From: Rhynchopus sp. YZ270_cl-10
Lineage: Eukaryota
Direction: 5' to 3'
Length of the DNA: 64,000 bases
NCBI GenBank assembly: GCA_964035575.1
Contig: OZ037848.1
Location: 124,001 to 188,000, forward strand
Shown: positions 11,196-23,918 of the stretch, in pieces
How the letters are laid out: every line of letters begins with the position of its first letter
Position numbering within the stretch: position 1 is the stretch's first letter
Program-made: the position numbers and the translations under genes
Notes under the pieces: model-generated
What the model was told of the DNA's origin: nothing
The model's input: only the letters and a program-made list of their open reading frames with translations
Databases searched by the model: none

Positions 11196-14100
11196 CGAAA
11201 TTTTTTGACTTAACACTGCTTGTGCTTAGAAAACCCGAATTTTTTACCCTTCAAAATTGCATTTGAGGAACTCACAACGCGTCAAAACGAAAAGGTCGTT
11301 TTTGGCACTTTTAAAACCGGGCTCCGCTGAGTTCACCATATTTTTGCTCGATTTATTTAGTGGAGTAACTAATTAGTAATCGTATTCTCGGACAAAAATT
11401 CGGGACGAGGTGTTAGATAATTCCTCTGTATTTTACTAAGGGAAAATCCCTAGTAAAATACAGGCAAAAATCCAGGTAAAAATCACTTTGTCTCGATTTT
11501 TTAGTAAAAATACAGGGTGCAACGAAACCAGAAAAAAACTTCGTCATTGGACGTTTCTGGGTTCCGAGCTTTTAACGCAAAAAAAACCTATTTTTTTTTC
11601 GCGAAATTTTTTGACTTAACACTGCTTGTGCTTAGAAAACCCGAATTTTTTACCCTTCAAAATTGCATTTGAGGAACTCACAACGCGTCAAAACGAAAAG
11701 GTCGTTTTTGGCACTTTTAAAACCGGGCTCCGCTGAGTTCACCATATTTTTGCTCGATTTATTTAGTGGAGTAACTAATTAGTAATCGTATTCTCGGACA
11801 AAAATTCGGGACGAGGTGTTAGATAATTCCTCTGTATTTTACTAAGGGAAAATCCCTAGTAAAATACAGGCAAAAATCCAGGTAAAAATCACTTTGTCTC
11901 GATTTTTTAGTAAAAATACAGGGTGCAACGAAACCAGAAAAAAACTTCGTCATTGGACGTTTCTGGGTTCCGAGCTTTTAACGCAAAAAAAACCTATTTT
12001 TTTTTCGCGAAATTTTTTGACTTAACACTGCTTGTGCTTAGAAAACCCGAATTTTTTACCCTTCAAAATTGCATTTGAGGAACTCACAACGCGTCAAAAC
12101 GAAAAGGTCGTTTTTGGCACTTTTAAAACCGGGCTCCGCTGAGTTCACCATATTTTTGCTCGATTTATTTAGTGGAGTAACTAATTAGTAATCGTATTCT
12201 CGGACAAAAATTCGGGACGAGGTGTTAGATAATTCCTCTGTATTTTACTAAGGGAAAATCCCTAGTAAAATACAGGCAAAAATCCAGGTAAAAATCACTT
12301 TGTCTCGATTTTTTAGTAAAAATACAGGGTGCAACGAAACCAGAAAAAAACTTCGTCATTGGACGTTTCTGGGTTCCGAGCTTTTAACGCAAAAAAAACC
12401 TATTTTTTTTTCGCGAAATTTTTTGACTTAACACTGCTTGTGCTTAGAAAACCCGAATTTTTTACCCTTCAAAATTGCATTTGAGGAACTCACAACGCGT
12501 CAAAACGAAAAGGTCGTTTTTGGCACTTTTAAAACCGGGCTCCGCTGAGTTCACCATATTTTTGCTCGATTTATTTAGTGGAGTAACTAATTAGTAATCG
12601 TATTCTCGGACAAAAATTCGGGACGAGGTGTTAGATAATTCCTCTGTATTTTACTAAGGGAAAATCCCTAGTAAAATACAGGCAAAAATCCAGGTAAAAA
12701 TCACTTTGTCTCGATTTTTTAGTAAAAATACAGGGTGCAACGAAACCAGAAAAAAACTTCGTCATTGGACGTTTCTGGGTTCCGAGCTTTTAACGCAAAA
12801 AAAACCTATTTTTTTTTCGCGAAATTTTTTGACTTAACACTGCTTGTGCTTAGAAAACCCGAATTTTTTACCCTTCAAAATTGCATTTGAGGAACTCACA
12901 ACGCGTCAAAACGAAAAGGTCGTTTTTGGCACTTTTAAAACCGGGCTCCGCTGAGTTCACCATATTTTTGCTCGATTTATTTAGTGGAGTAACTAATTAG
13001 TAATCGTATTCTCGGACAAAAATTCGGGACGAGGTGTTAGATAATTCCTCTGTATTTTACTAAGGGAAAATCCCTAGTAAAATACAGGCAAAAATCCAGG
13101 TAAAAATCACTTTGTCTCGATTTTTTAGTAAAAATACAGGGTGCAACGAAACCAGAAAAAAACTTCGTCATTGGACGTTTCTGGGTTCCGAGCTTTTAAC
13201 GCAAAAAAAACCTATTTTTTTTTCGCGAAATTTTTTGACTTAACACTGCTTGTGCTTAGAAAACCCGAATTTTTTACCCTTCAAAATTGCATTTGAGGAA
13301 CTCACAACGCGTCAAAACGAAAAGGTCGTTTTTGGCACTTTTAAAACCGGGCTCCGCTGAGTTCACCATATTTTTGCTCGATTTATTTAGTGGAGTAACT
13401 AATTAGTAATCGTATTCTCGGACAAAAATTCGGGACGAGGTGTTAGATAATTCCTCTGTATTTTACTAAGGGAAAATCCCTAGTAAAATACAGGCAAAAA
13501 TCCAGGTAAAAATCACTTTGTCTCGATTTTTTAGTAAAAATACAGGGTGCAACGAAACCAGAAAAAAACTTCGTCATTGGACGTTTCTGGGTTCCGAGCT
13601 TTTAACGCAAAAAAAACCTATTTTTTTTTCGCGAAATTTTTTGACTTAACACTGCTTGTGCTTAGAAAACCCGAATTTTTTACCCTTCAAAATTGCATTT
13701 GAGGAACTCACAACGCGTCAAAACGAAAAGGTCGTTTTTGGCACTTTTAAAACCGGGCTCCGCTGAGTTCACCATATTTTTGCTCGATTTATTTAGTGGA
13801 GTAACTAATTAGTAATCGTATTCTCGGACAAAAATTCGGGACGAGGTGTTAGATAATTCCTCTGTATTTTACTAAGGGAAAATCCCTAGTAAAATACAGG
13901 CAAAAATCCAGGTAAAAATCACTTTGTCTCGATTTTTTAGTAAAAATACAGGGTGCAACGAAACCAGAAAAAAACTTCGTCATTGGACGTTTCTGGGTTC
14001 CGAGCTTTTAACGCAAAAAAAACCTATTTTTTTTTCGCGAAATTTTTTGACTTAACACTGCTTGTGCTTAGAAAACCCGAATTTTTTACCCTTCAAAATT

Positions 14101-17100
14101 GCATTTGAGGAACTCACAACGCGTCAAAACGAAAAGGTCGTTTTTGGCACTTTTAAAACCGGGCTCCGCTGAGTTCACCATATTTTTGCTCGATTTATTT
14201 AGTGGAGTAACTAATTAGTAATCGTATTCTCGGACAAAAATTCGGGACGAGGTGTTAGATAATTCCTCTGTATTTTACTAAGGGAAAATCCCTAGTAAAA
14301 TACAGGCAAAAATCCAGGTAAAAATCACTTTGTCTCGATTTTTTAGTAAAAATACAGGGTGCAACGAAACCAGAAAAAAACTTCGTCATTGGACGTTTCT
14401 GGGTTCCGAGCTTTTAACGCAAAAAAAACCTATTTTTTTTTCGCGAAATTTTTTGACTTAACACTGCTTGTGCTTAGAAAACCCGAATTTTTTACCCTTC
14501 AAAATTGCATTTGAGGAACTCACAACGCGTCAAAACGAAAAGGTCGTTTTTGGCACTTTTAAAACCGGGCTCCGCTGAGTTCACCATATTTTTGCTCGAT
14601 TTATTTAGTGGAGTAACTAATTAGTAATCGTATTCTCGGACAAAAATTCGGGACGAGGTGTTAGATAATTCCTCTGTATTTTACTAAGGGAAAATCCCTA
14701 GTAAAATACAGGCAAAAATCCAGGTAAAAATCACTTTGTCTCGATTTTTTAGTAAAAATACAGGGTGCAACGAAACCAGAAAAAAACTTCGTCATTGGAC
14801 GTTTCTGGGTTCCGAGCTTTTAACGCAAAAAAAACCTATTTTTTTTTCGCGAAATTTTTTGACTTAACACTGCTTGTGCTTAGAAAACCCGAATTTTTTA
14901 CCCTTCAAAATTGCATTTGAGGAACTCACAACGCGTCAAAACGAAAAGGTCGTTTTTGGCACTTTTAAAACCGGGCTCCGCTGAGTTCACCATATTTTTG
15001 CTCGATTTATTTAGTGGAGTAACTAATTAGTAATCGTATTCTCGGACAAAAATTCGGGACGAGGTGTTAGATAATTCCTCTGTATTTTACTAAGGGAAAA
15101 TCCCTAGTAAAATACAGGCAAAAATCCAGGTAAAAATCACTTTGTCTCGATTTTTTAGTAAAAATACAGGGTGCAACGAAACCAGAAAAAAACTTCGTCA
15201 TTGGACGTTTCTGGGTTCCGAGCTTTTAACGCAAAAAAAACCTATTTTTTTTTCGCGAAATTTTTTGACTTAACACTGCTTGTGCTTAGAAAACCCGAAT
15301 TTTTTACCCTTCAAAATTGCATTTGAGGAACTCACAACGCGTCAAAACGAAAAGGTCGTTTTTGGCACTTTTAAAACCGGGCTCCGCTGAGTTCACCATA
15401 TTTTTGCTCGATTTATTTAGTGGAGTAACTAATTAGTAATCGTATTCTCGGACAAAAATTCGGGACGAGGTGTTAGATAATTCCTCTGTATTTTACTAAG
15501 GGAAAATCCCTAGTAAAATACAGGCAAAAATCCAGGTAAAAATCACTTTGTCTCGATTTTTTAGTAAAAATACAGGGTGCAACGAAACCAGAAAAAAACT
15601 TCGTCATTGGACGTTTCTGGGTTCCGAGCTTTTAACGCAAAAAAAACCTATTTTTTTTTCGCGAAATTTTTTGACTTAACACTGCTTGTGCTTAGAAAAC
15701 CCGAATTTTTTACCCTTCAAAATTGCATTTGAGGAACTCACAACGCGTCAAAACGAAAAGGTCGTTTTTGGCACTTTTAAAACCGGGCTCCGCTGAGTTC
15801 ACCATATTTTTGCTCGATTTATTTAGTGGAGTAACTAATTAGTAATCGTATTCTCGGACAAAAATTCGGGACGAGGTGTTAGATAATTCCTCTGTATTTT
15901 ACTAAGGGAAAATCCCTAGTAAAATACAGGCAAAAATCCAGGTAAAAATCACTTTGTCTCGATTTTTTAGTAAAAATACAGGGTGCAACGAAACCAGAAA
16001 AAAACTTCGTCATTGGACGTTTCTGGGTTCCGAGCTTTTAACGCAAAAAAAACCTATTTTTTTTTCGCGAAATTTTTTGACTTAACACTGCTTGTGCTTA
16101 GAAAACCCGAATTTTTTACCCTTCAAAATTGCATTTGAGGAACTCACAACGCGTCAAAACGAAAAGGTCGTTTTTGGCACTTTTAAAACCGGGCTCCGCT
16201 GAGTTCACCATATTTTTGCTCGATTTATTTAGTGGAGTAACTAATTAGTAATCGTATTCTCGGACAAAAATTCGGGACGAGGTGTTAGATAATTCCTCTG
16301 TATTTTACTAAGGGAAAATCCCTAGTAAAATACAGGCAAAAATCCAGGTAAAAATCACTTTGTCTCGATTTTTTAGTAAAAATACAGGGTGCAACGAAAC
16401 CAGAAAAAAACTTCGTCATTGGACGTTTCTGGGTTCCGAGCTTTTAACGCAAAAAAAACCTATTTTTTTTTCGCGAAATTTTTTGACTTAACACTGCTTG
16501 TGCTTAGAAAACCCGAATTTTTTACCCTTCAAAATTGCATTTGAGGAACTCACAACGCGTCAAAACGAAAAGGTCGTTTTTGGCACTTTTAAAACCGGGC
16601 TCCGCTGAGTTCACCATATTTTTGCTCGATTTATTTAGTGGAGTAACTAATTAGTAATCGTATTCTCGGACAAAAATTCGGGACGAGGTGTTAGATAATT
16701 CCTCTGTATTTTACTAAGGGAAAATCCCTAGTAAAATACAGGCAAAAATCCAGGTAAAAATCACTTTGTCTCGATTTTTTAGTAAAAATACAGGGTGCAA
16801 CGAAACCAGAAAAAAACTTCGTCATTGGACGTTTCTGGGTTCCGAGCTTTTAACGCAAAAAAAACCTATTTTTTTTTCGCGAAATTTTTTGACTTAACAC
16901 TGCTTGTGCTTAGAAAACCCGAATTTTTTACCCTTCAAAATTGCATTTGAGGAACTCACAACGCGTCAAAACGAAAAGGTCGTTTTTGGCACTTTTAAAA
17001 CCGGGCTCCGCTGAGTTCACCATATTTTTGCTCGATTTATTTAGTGGAGTAACTAATTAGTAATCGTATTCTCGGACAAAAATTCGGGACGAGGTGTTAG

Positions 17101-20100
17101 ATAATTCCTCTGTATTTTACTAAGGGAAAATCCCTAGTAAAATACAGGCAAAAATCCAGGTAAAAATCACTTTGTCTCGATTTTTTAGTAAAAATACAGG
17201 GTGCAACGAAACCAGAAAAAAACTTCGTCATTGGACGTTTCTGGGTTCCGAGCTTTTAACGCAAAAAAAACCTATTTTTTTTTCGCGAAATTTTTTGACT
17301 TAACACTGCTTGTGCTTAGAAAACCCGAATTTTTTACCCTTCAAAATTGCATTTGAGGAACTCACAACGCGTCAAAACGAAAAGGTCGTTTTTGGCACTT
17401 TTAAAACCGGGCTCCGCTGAGTTCACCATATTTTTGCTCGATTTATTTAGTGGAGTAACTAATTAGTAATCGTATTCTCGGACAAAAATTCGGGACGAGG
17501 TGTTAGATAATTCCTCTGTATTTTACTAAGGGAAAATCCCTAGTAAAATACAGGCAAAAATCCAGGTAAAAATCACTTTGTCTCGATTTTTTAGTAAAAA
17601 TACAGGGTGCAACGAAACCAGAAAAAAACTTCGTCATTGGACGTTTCTGGGTTCCGAGCTTTTAACGCAAAAAAAACCTATTTTTTTTTCGCGAAATTTT
17701 TTGACTTAACACTGCTTGTGCTTAGAAAACCCGAATTTTTTACCCTTCAAAATTGCATTTGAGGAACTCACAACGCGTCAAAACGAAAAGGTCGTTTTTG
17801 GCACTTTTAAAACCGGGCTCCGCTGAGTTCACCATATTTTTGCTCGATTTATTTAGTGGAGTAACTAATTAGTAATCGTATTCTCGGACAAAAATTCGGG
17901 ACGAGGTGTTAGATAATTCCTCTGTATTTTACTAAGGGAAAATCCCTAGTAAAATACAGGCAAAAATCCAGGTAAAAATCACTTTGTCTCGATTTTTTAG
18001 TAAAAATACAGGGTGCAACGAAACCAGAAAAAAACTTCGTCATTGGACGTTTCTGGGTTCCGAGCTTTTAACGCAAAAAAAACCTATTTTTTTTTCGCGA
18101 AATTTTTTGACTTAACACTGCTTGTGCTTAGAAAACCCGAATTTTTTACCCTTCAAAATTGCATTTGAGGAACTCACAACGCGTCAAAACGAAAAGGTCG
18201 TTTTTGGCACTTTTAAAACCGGGCTCCGCTGAGTTCACCATATTTTTGCTCGATTTATTTAGTGGAGTAACTAATTAGTAATCGTATTCTCGGACAAAAA
18301 TTCGGGACGAGGTGTTAGATAATTCCTCTGTATTTTACTAAGGGAAAATCCCTAGTAAAATACAGGCAAAAATCCAGGTAAAAATCACTTTGTCTCGATT
18401 TTTTAGTAAAAATACAGGGTGCAACGAAACCAGAAAAAAACTTCGTCATTGGACGTTTCTGGGTTCCGAGCTTTTAACGCAAAAAAAACCTATTTTTTTT
18501 TCGCGAAATTTTTTGACTTAACACTGCTTGTGCTTAGAAAACCCGAATTTTTTACCCTTCAAAATTGCATTTGAGGAACTCACAACGCGTCAAAACGAAA
18601 AGGTCGTTTTTGGCACTTTTAAAACCGGGCTCCGCTGAGTTCACCATATTTTTGCTCGATTTATTTAGTGGAGTAACTAATTAGTAATCGTATTCTCGGA
18701 CAAAAATTCGGGACGAGGTGTTAGATAATTCCTCTGTATTTTACTAAGGGAAAATCCCTAGTAAAATACAGGCAAAAATCCAGGTAAAAATCACTTTGTC
18801 TCGATTTTTTAGTAAAAATACAGGGTGCAACGAAACCAGAAAAAAACTTCGTCATTGGACGTTTCTGGGTTCCGAGCTTTTAACGCAAAAAAAACCTATT
18901 TTTTTTTCGCGAAATTTTTTGACTTAACACTGCTTGTGCTTAGAAAACCCGAATTTTTTACCCTTCAAAATTGCATTTGAGGAACTCACAACGCGTCAAA
19001 ACGAAAAGGTCGTTTTTGGCACTTTTAAAACCGGGCTCCGCTGAGTTCACCATATTTTTGCTCGATTTATTTAGTGGAGTAACTAATTAGTAATCGTATT
19101 CTCGGACAAAAATTCGGGACGAGGTGTTAGATAATTCCTCTGTATTTTACTAAGGGAAAATCCCTAGTAAAATACAGGCAAAAATCCAGGTAAAAATCAC
19201 TTTGTCTCGATTTTTTAGTAAAAATACAGGGTGCAACGAAACCAGAAAAAAACTTCGTCATTGGACGTTTCTGGGTTCCGAGCTTTTAACGCAAAAAAAA
19301 CCTATTTTTTTTTCGCGAAATTTTTTGACTTAACACTGCTTGTGCTTAGAAAACCCGAATTTTTTACCCTTCAAAATTGCATTTGAGGAACTCACAACGC
19401 GTCAAAACGAAAAGGTCGTTTTTGGCACTTTTAAAACCGGGCTCCGCTGAGTTCACCATATTTTTGCTCGATTTATTTAGTGGAGTAACTAATTAGTAAT
19501 CGTATTCTCGGACAAAAATTCGGGACGAGGTGTTAGATAATTCCTCTGTATTTTACTAAGGGAAAATCCCTAGTAAAATACAGGCAAAAATCCAGGTAAA
19601 AATCACTTTGTCTCGATTTTTTAGTAAAAATACAGGGTGCAACGAAACCAGAAAAAAACTTCGTCATTGGACGTTTCTGGGTTCCGAGCTTTTAACGCAA
19701 AAAAAACCTATTTTTTTTTCGCGAAATTTTTTGACTTAACACTGCTTGTGCTTAGAAAACCCGAATTTTTTACCCTTCAAAATTGCATTTGAGGAACTCA
19801 CAACGCGTCAAAACGAAAAGGTCGTTTTTGGCACTTTTAAAACCGGGCTCCGCTGAGTTCACCATATTTTTGCTCGATTTATTTAGTGGAGTAACTAATT
19901 AGTAATCGTATTCTCGGACAAAAATTCGGGACGAGGTGTTAGATAATTCCTCTGTATTTTACTAAGGGAAAATCCCTAGTAAAATACAGGCAAAAATCCA
20001 GGTAAAAATCACTTTGTCTCGATTTTTTAGTAAAAATACAGGGTGCAACGAAACCAGAAAAAAACTTCGTCATTGGACGTTTCTGGGTTCCGAGCTTTTA

Positions 20101-23100
20101 ACGCAAAAAAAACCTATTTTTTTTTCGCGAAATTTTTTGACTTAACACTGCTTGTGCTTAGAAAACCCGAATTTTTTACCCTTCAAAATTGCATTTGAGG
20201 AACTCACAACGCGTCAAAACGAAAAGGTCGTTTTTGGCACTTTTAAAACCGGGCTCCGCTGAGTTCACCATATTTTTGCTCGATTTATTTAGTGGAGTAA
20301 CTAATTAGTAATCGTATTCTCGGACAAAAATTCGGGACGAGGTGTTAGATAATTCCTCTGTATTTTACTAAGGGAAAATCCCTAGTAAAATACAGGCAAA
20401 AATCCAGGTAAAAATCACTTTGTCTCGATTTTTTAGTAAAAATACAGGGTGCAACGAAACCAGAAAAAAACTTCGTCATTGGACGTTTCTGGGTTCCGAG
20501 CTTTTAACGCAAAAAAAACCTATTTTTTTTTCGCGAAATTTTTTGACTTAACACTGCTTGTGCTTAGAAAACCCGAATTTTTTACCCTTCAAAATTGCAT
20601 TTGAGGAACTCACAACGCGTCAAAACGAAAAGGTCGTTTTTGGCACTTTTAAAACCGGGCTCCGCTGAGTTCACCATATTTTTGCTCGATTTATTTAGTG
20701 GAGTAACTAATTAGTAATCGTATTCTCGGACAAAAATTCGGGACGAGGTGTTAGATAATTCCTCTGTATTTTACTAAGGGAAAATCCCTAGTAAAATACA
20801 GGCAAAAATCCAGGTAAAAATCACTTTGTCTCGATTTTTTAGTAAAAATACAGGGTGCAACGAAACCAGAAAAAAACTTCGTCATTGGACGTTTCTGGGT
20901 TCCGAGCTTTTAACGCAAAAAAAACCTATTTTTTTTTCGCGAAATTTTTTGACTTAACACTGCTTGTGCTTAGAAAACCCGAATTTTTTACCCTTCAAAA
21001 TTGCATTTGAGGAACTCACAACGCGTCAAAACGAAAAGGTCGTTTTTGGCACTTTTAAAACCGGGCTCCGCTGAGTTCACCATATTTTTGCTCGATTTAT
21101 TTAGTGGAGTAACTAATTAGTAATCGTATTCTCGGACAAAAATTCGGGACGAGGTGTTAGATAATTCCTCTGTATTTTACTAAGGGAAAATCCCTAGTAA
21201 AATACAGGCAAAAATCCAGGTAAAAATCACTTTGTCTCGATTTTTTAGTAAAAATACAGGGTGCAACGAAACCAGAAAAAAACTTCGTCATTGGACGTTT
21301 CTGGGTTCCGAGCTTTTAACGCAAAAAAAACCTATTTTTTTTTCGCGAAATTTTTTGACTTAACACTGCTTGTGCTTAGAAAACCCGAATTTTTTACCCT
21401 TCAAAATTGCATTTGAGGAACTCACAACGCGTCAAAACGAAAAGGTCGTTTTTGGCACTTTTAAAACCGGGCTCCGCTGAGTTCACCATATTTTTGCTCG
21501 ATTTATTTAGTGGAGTAACTAATTAGTAATCGTATTCTCGGACAAAAATTCGGGACGAGGTGTTAGATAATTCCTCTGTATTTTACTAAGGGAAAATCCC
21601 TAGTAAAATACAGGCAAAAATCCAGGTAAAAATCACTTTGTCTCGATTTTTTAGTAAAAATACAGGGTGCAACGAAACCAGAAAAAAACTTCGTCATTGG
21701 ACGTTTCTGGGTTCCGAGCTTTTAACGCAAAAAAAACCTATTTTTTTTTCGCGAAATTTTTTGACTTAACACTGCTTGTGCTTAGAAAACCCGAATTTTT
21801 TACCCTTCAAAATTGCATTTGAGGAACTCACAACGCGTCAAAACGAAAAGGTCGTTTTTGGCACTTTTAAAACCGGGCTCCGCTGAGTTCACCATATTTT
21901 TGCTCGATTTATTTAGTGGAGTAACTAATTAGTAATCGTATTCTCGGACAAAAATTCGGGACGAGGTGTTAGATAATTCCTCTGTATTTTACTAAGGGAA
22001 AATCCCTAGTAAAATACAGGCAAAAATCCAGGTAAAAATCACTTTGTCTCGATTTTTTAGTAAAAATACAGGGTGCAACGAAACCAGAAAAAAACTTCGT
22101 CATTGGACGTTTCTGGGTTCCGAGCTTTTAACGCAAAAAAAACCTATTTTTTTTTCGCGAAATTTTTTGACTTAACACTGCTTGTGCTTAGAAAACCCGA
22201 ATTTTTTACCCTTCAAAATTGCATTTGAGGAACTCACAACGCGTCAAAACGAAAAGGTCGTTTTTGGCACTTTTAAAACCGGGCTCCGCTGAGTTCACCA
22301 TATTTTTGCTCGATTTATTTAGTGGAGTAACTAATTAGTAATCGTATTCTCGGACAAAAATTCGGGACGAGGTGTTAGATAATTCCTCTGTATTTTACTA
22401 AGGGAAAATCCCTAGTAAAATACAGGCAAAAATCCAGGTAAAAATCACTTTGTCTCGATTTTTTAGTAAAAATACAGGGTGCAACGAAACCAGAAAAAAA
22501 CTTCGTCATTGGACGTTTCTGGGTTCCGAGCTTTTAACGCAAAAAAAACCTATTTTTTTTTCGCGAAATTTTTTGACTTAACACTGCTTGTGCTTAGAAA
22601 ACCCGAATTTTTTACCCTTCAAAATTGCATTTGAGGAACTCACAACGCGTCAAAACGAAAAGGTCGTTTTTGGCACTTTTAAAACCGGGCTCCGCTGAGT
22701 TCACCATATTTTTGCTCGATTTATTTAGTGGAGTAACTAATTAGTAATCGTATTCTCGGACAAAAATTCGGGACGAGGTGTTAGATAATTCCTCTGTATT
22801 TTACTAAGGGAAAATCCCTAGTAAAATACAGGCAAAAATCCAGGTAAAAATCACTTTGTCTCGATTTTTTAGTAAAAATACAGGGTGCAACGAAACCAGA
22901 AAAAAACTTCGTCATTGGACGTTTCTGGGTTCCGAGCTTTTAACGCAAAAAAAACCTATTTTTTTTTCGCGAAATTTTTTGACTTAACACTGCTTGTGCT
23001 TAGAAAACCCGAATTTTTTACCCTTCAAAATTGCATTTGAGGAACTCACAACGCGTCAAAACGAAAAGGTCGTTTTTGGCACTTTTAAAACCGGGCTCCG

Positions 23101-23593
23101 CTGAGTTCACCATATTTTTGCTCGATTTATTTAGTGGAGTAACTAATTAGTAATCGTATTCTCGGACAAAAATTCGGGACGAGGTGTTAGATAATTCCTC
23201 TGTATTTTACTAAGGGAAAATCCCTAGTAAAATACAGGCAAAAATCCAGGTAAAAATCACTTTGTCTCGATTTTTTAGTAAAAATACAGGGTGCAACGAA
23301 ACCAGAAAAAAACTTCGTCATTGGACGTTTCTGGGTTCCGAGCTTTTAACGCAAAAAAAACCTATTTTTTTTTCGCGAAATTTTTTGACTTAACACTGCT
23401 TGTGCTTAGAAAACCCGAATTTTTTACCCTTCAAAATTGCATTTGAGGAACTCACAACGCGTCAAAACGAAAAGGTCGTTTTTGGCACTTTTAAAACCGG
23501 GCTCCGCTGAGTTCACCATATTTTTGCTCGATTTATTTAGTGGAGTAACTAATTAGTAATCGTATTCTCGGACAAAAATTCGGGACGAGGTGT
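11195..23593. repeat. Satellite array: 30 full plus one 219-bp partial copy of a 406-bp AT-rich unit
   Basis: GCGAAATTTTTTGAC recurs at 11195, 11601, 12007 ... 23375 (period 406). No differences between copies were noticed by eye, and the ORF track is empty here. Confidence 0.98.
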
Positions 23594-23918
23594 AAAAAAA
23601 AAACGTTAAAAGCAAACCCAAAGAGATAGAACCTTTTATCACCACATCTTTCCCTCCCTCCCTCCCCCCGATCTAATTTATGATATTTTTGTGCTTGCCA
23701 CTGGATGATGCCACTACTGACAGCTCCCCGACAGGACCTTCGGTAACACCAGCATGTTGAAAAGCGATGTTGAGAGTAAAAAAACAAAACAAAAAAATTG
23801 ACTTGAAATACAAAGCCCTCTCGTGATTAGTCACATCTTTTAAATTCAAATTCAATTGAACAATTAACTCACATATCACCCATTCATGCCGTAACAAGGG
23901 AGTATTTTTAAAATCAAA

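Noticed and set aside
11195..23593. CRISPR array, or tandem SL RNA/5S rRNA gene array
   Set aside because: Units are identical with no variable spacers; no spliced-leader exon, 5S or tRNA sequence could be recognised in the unit.
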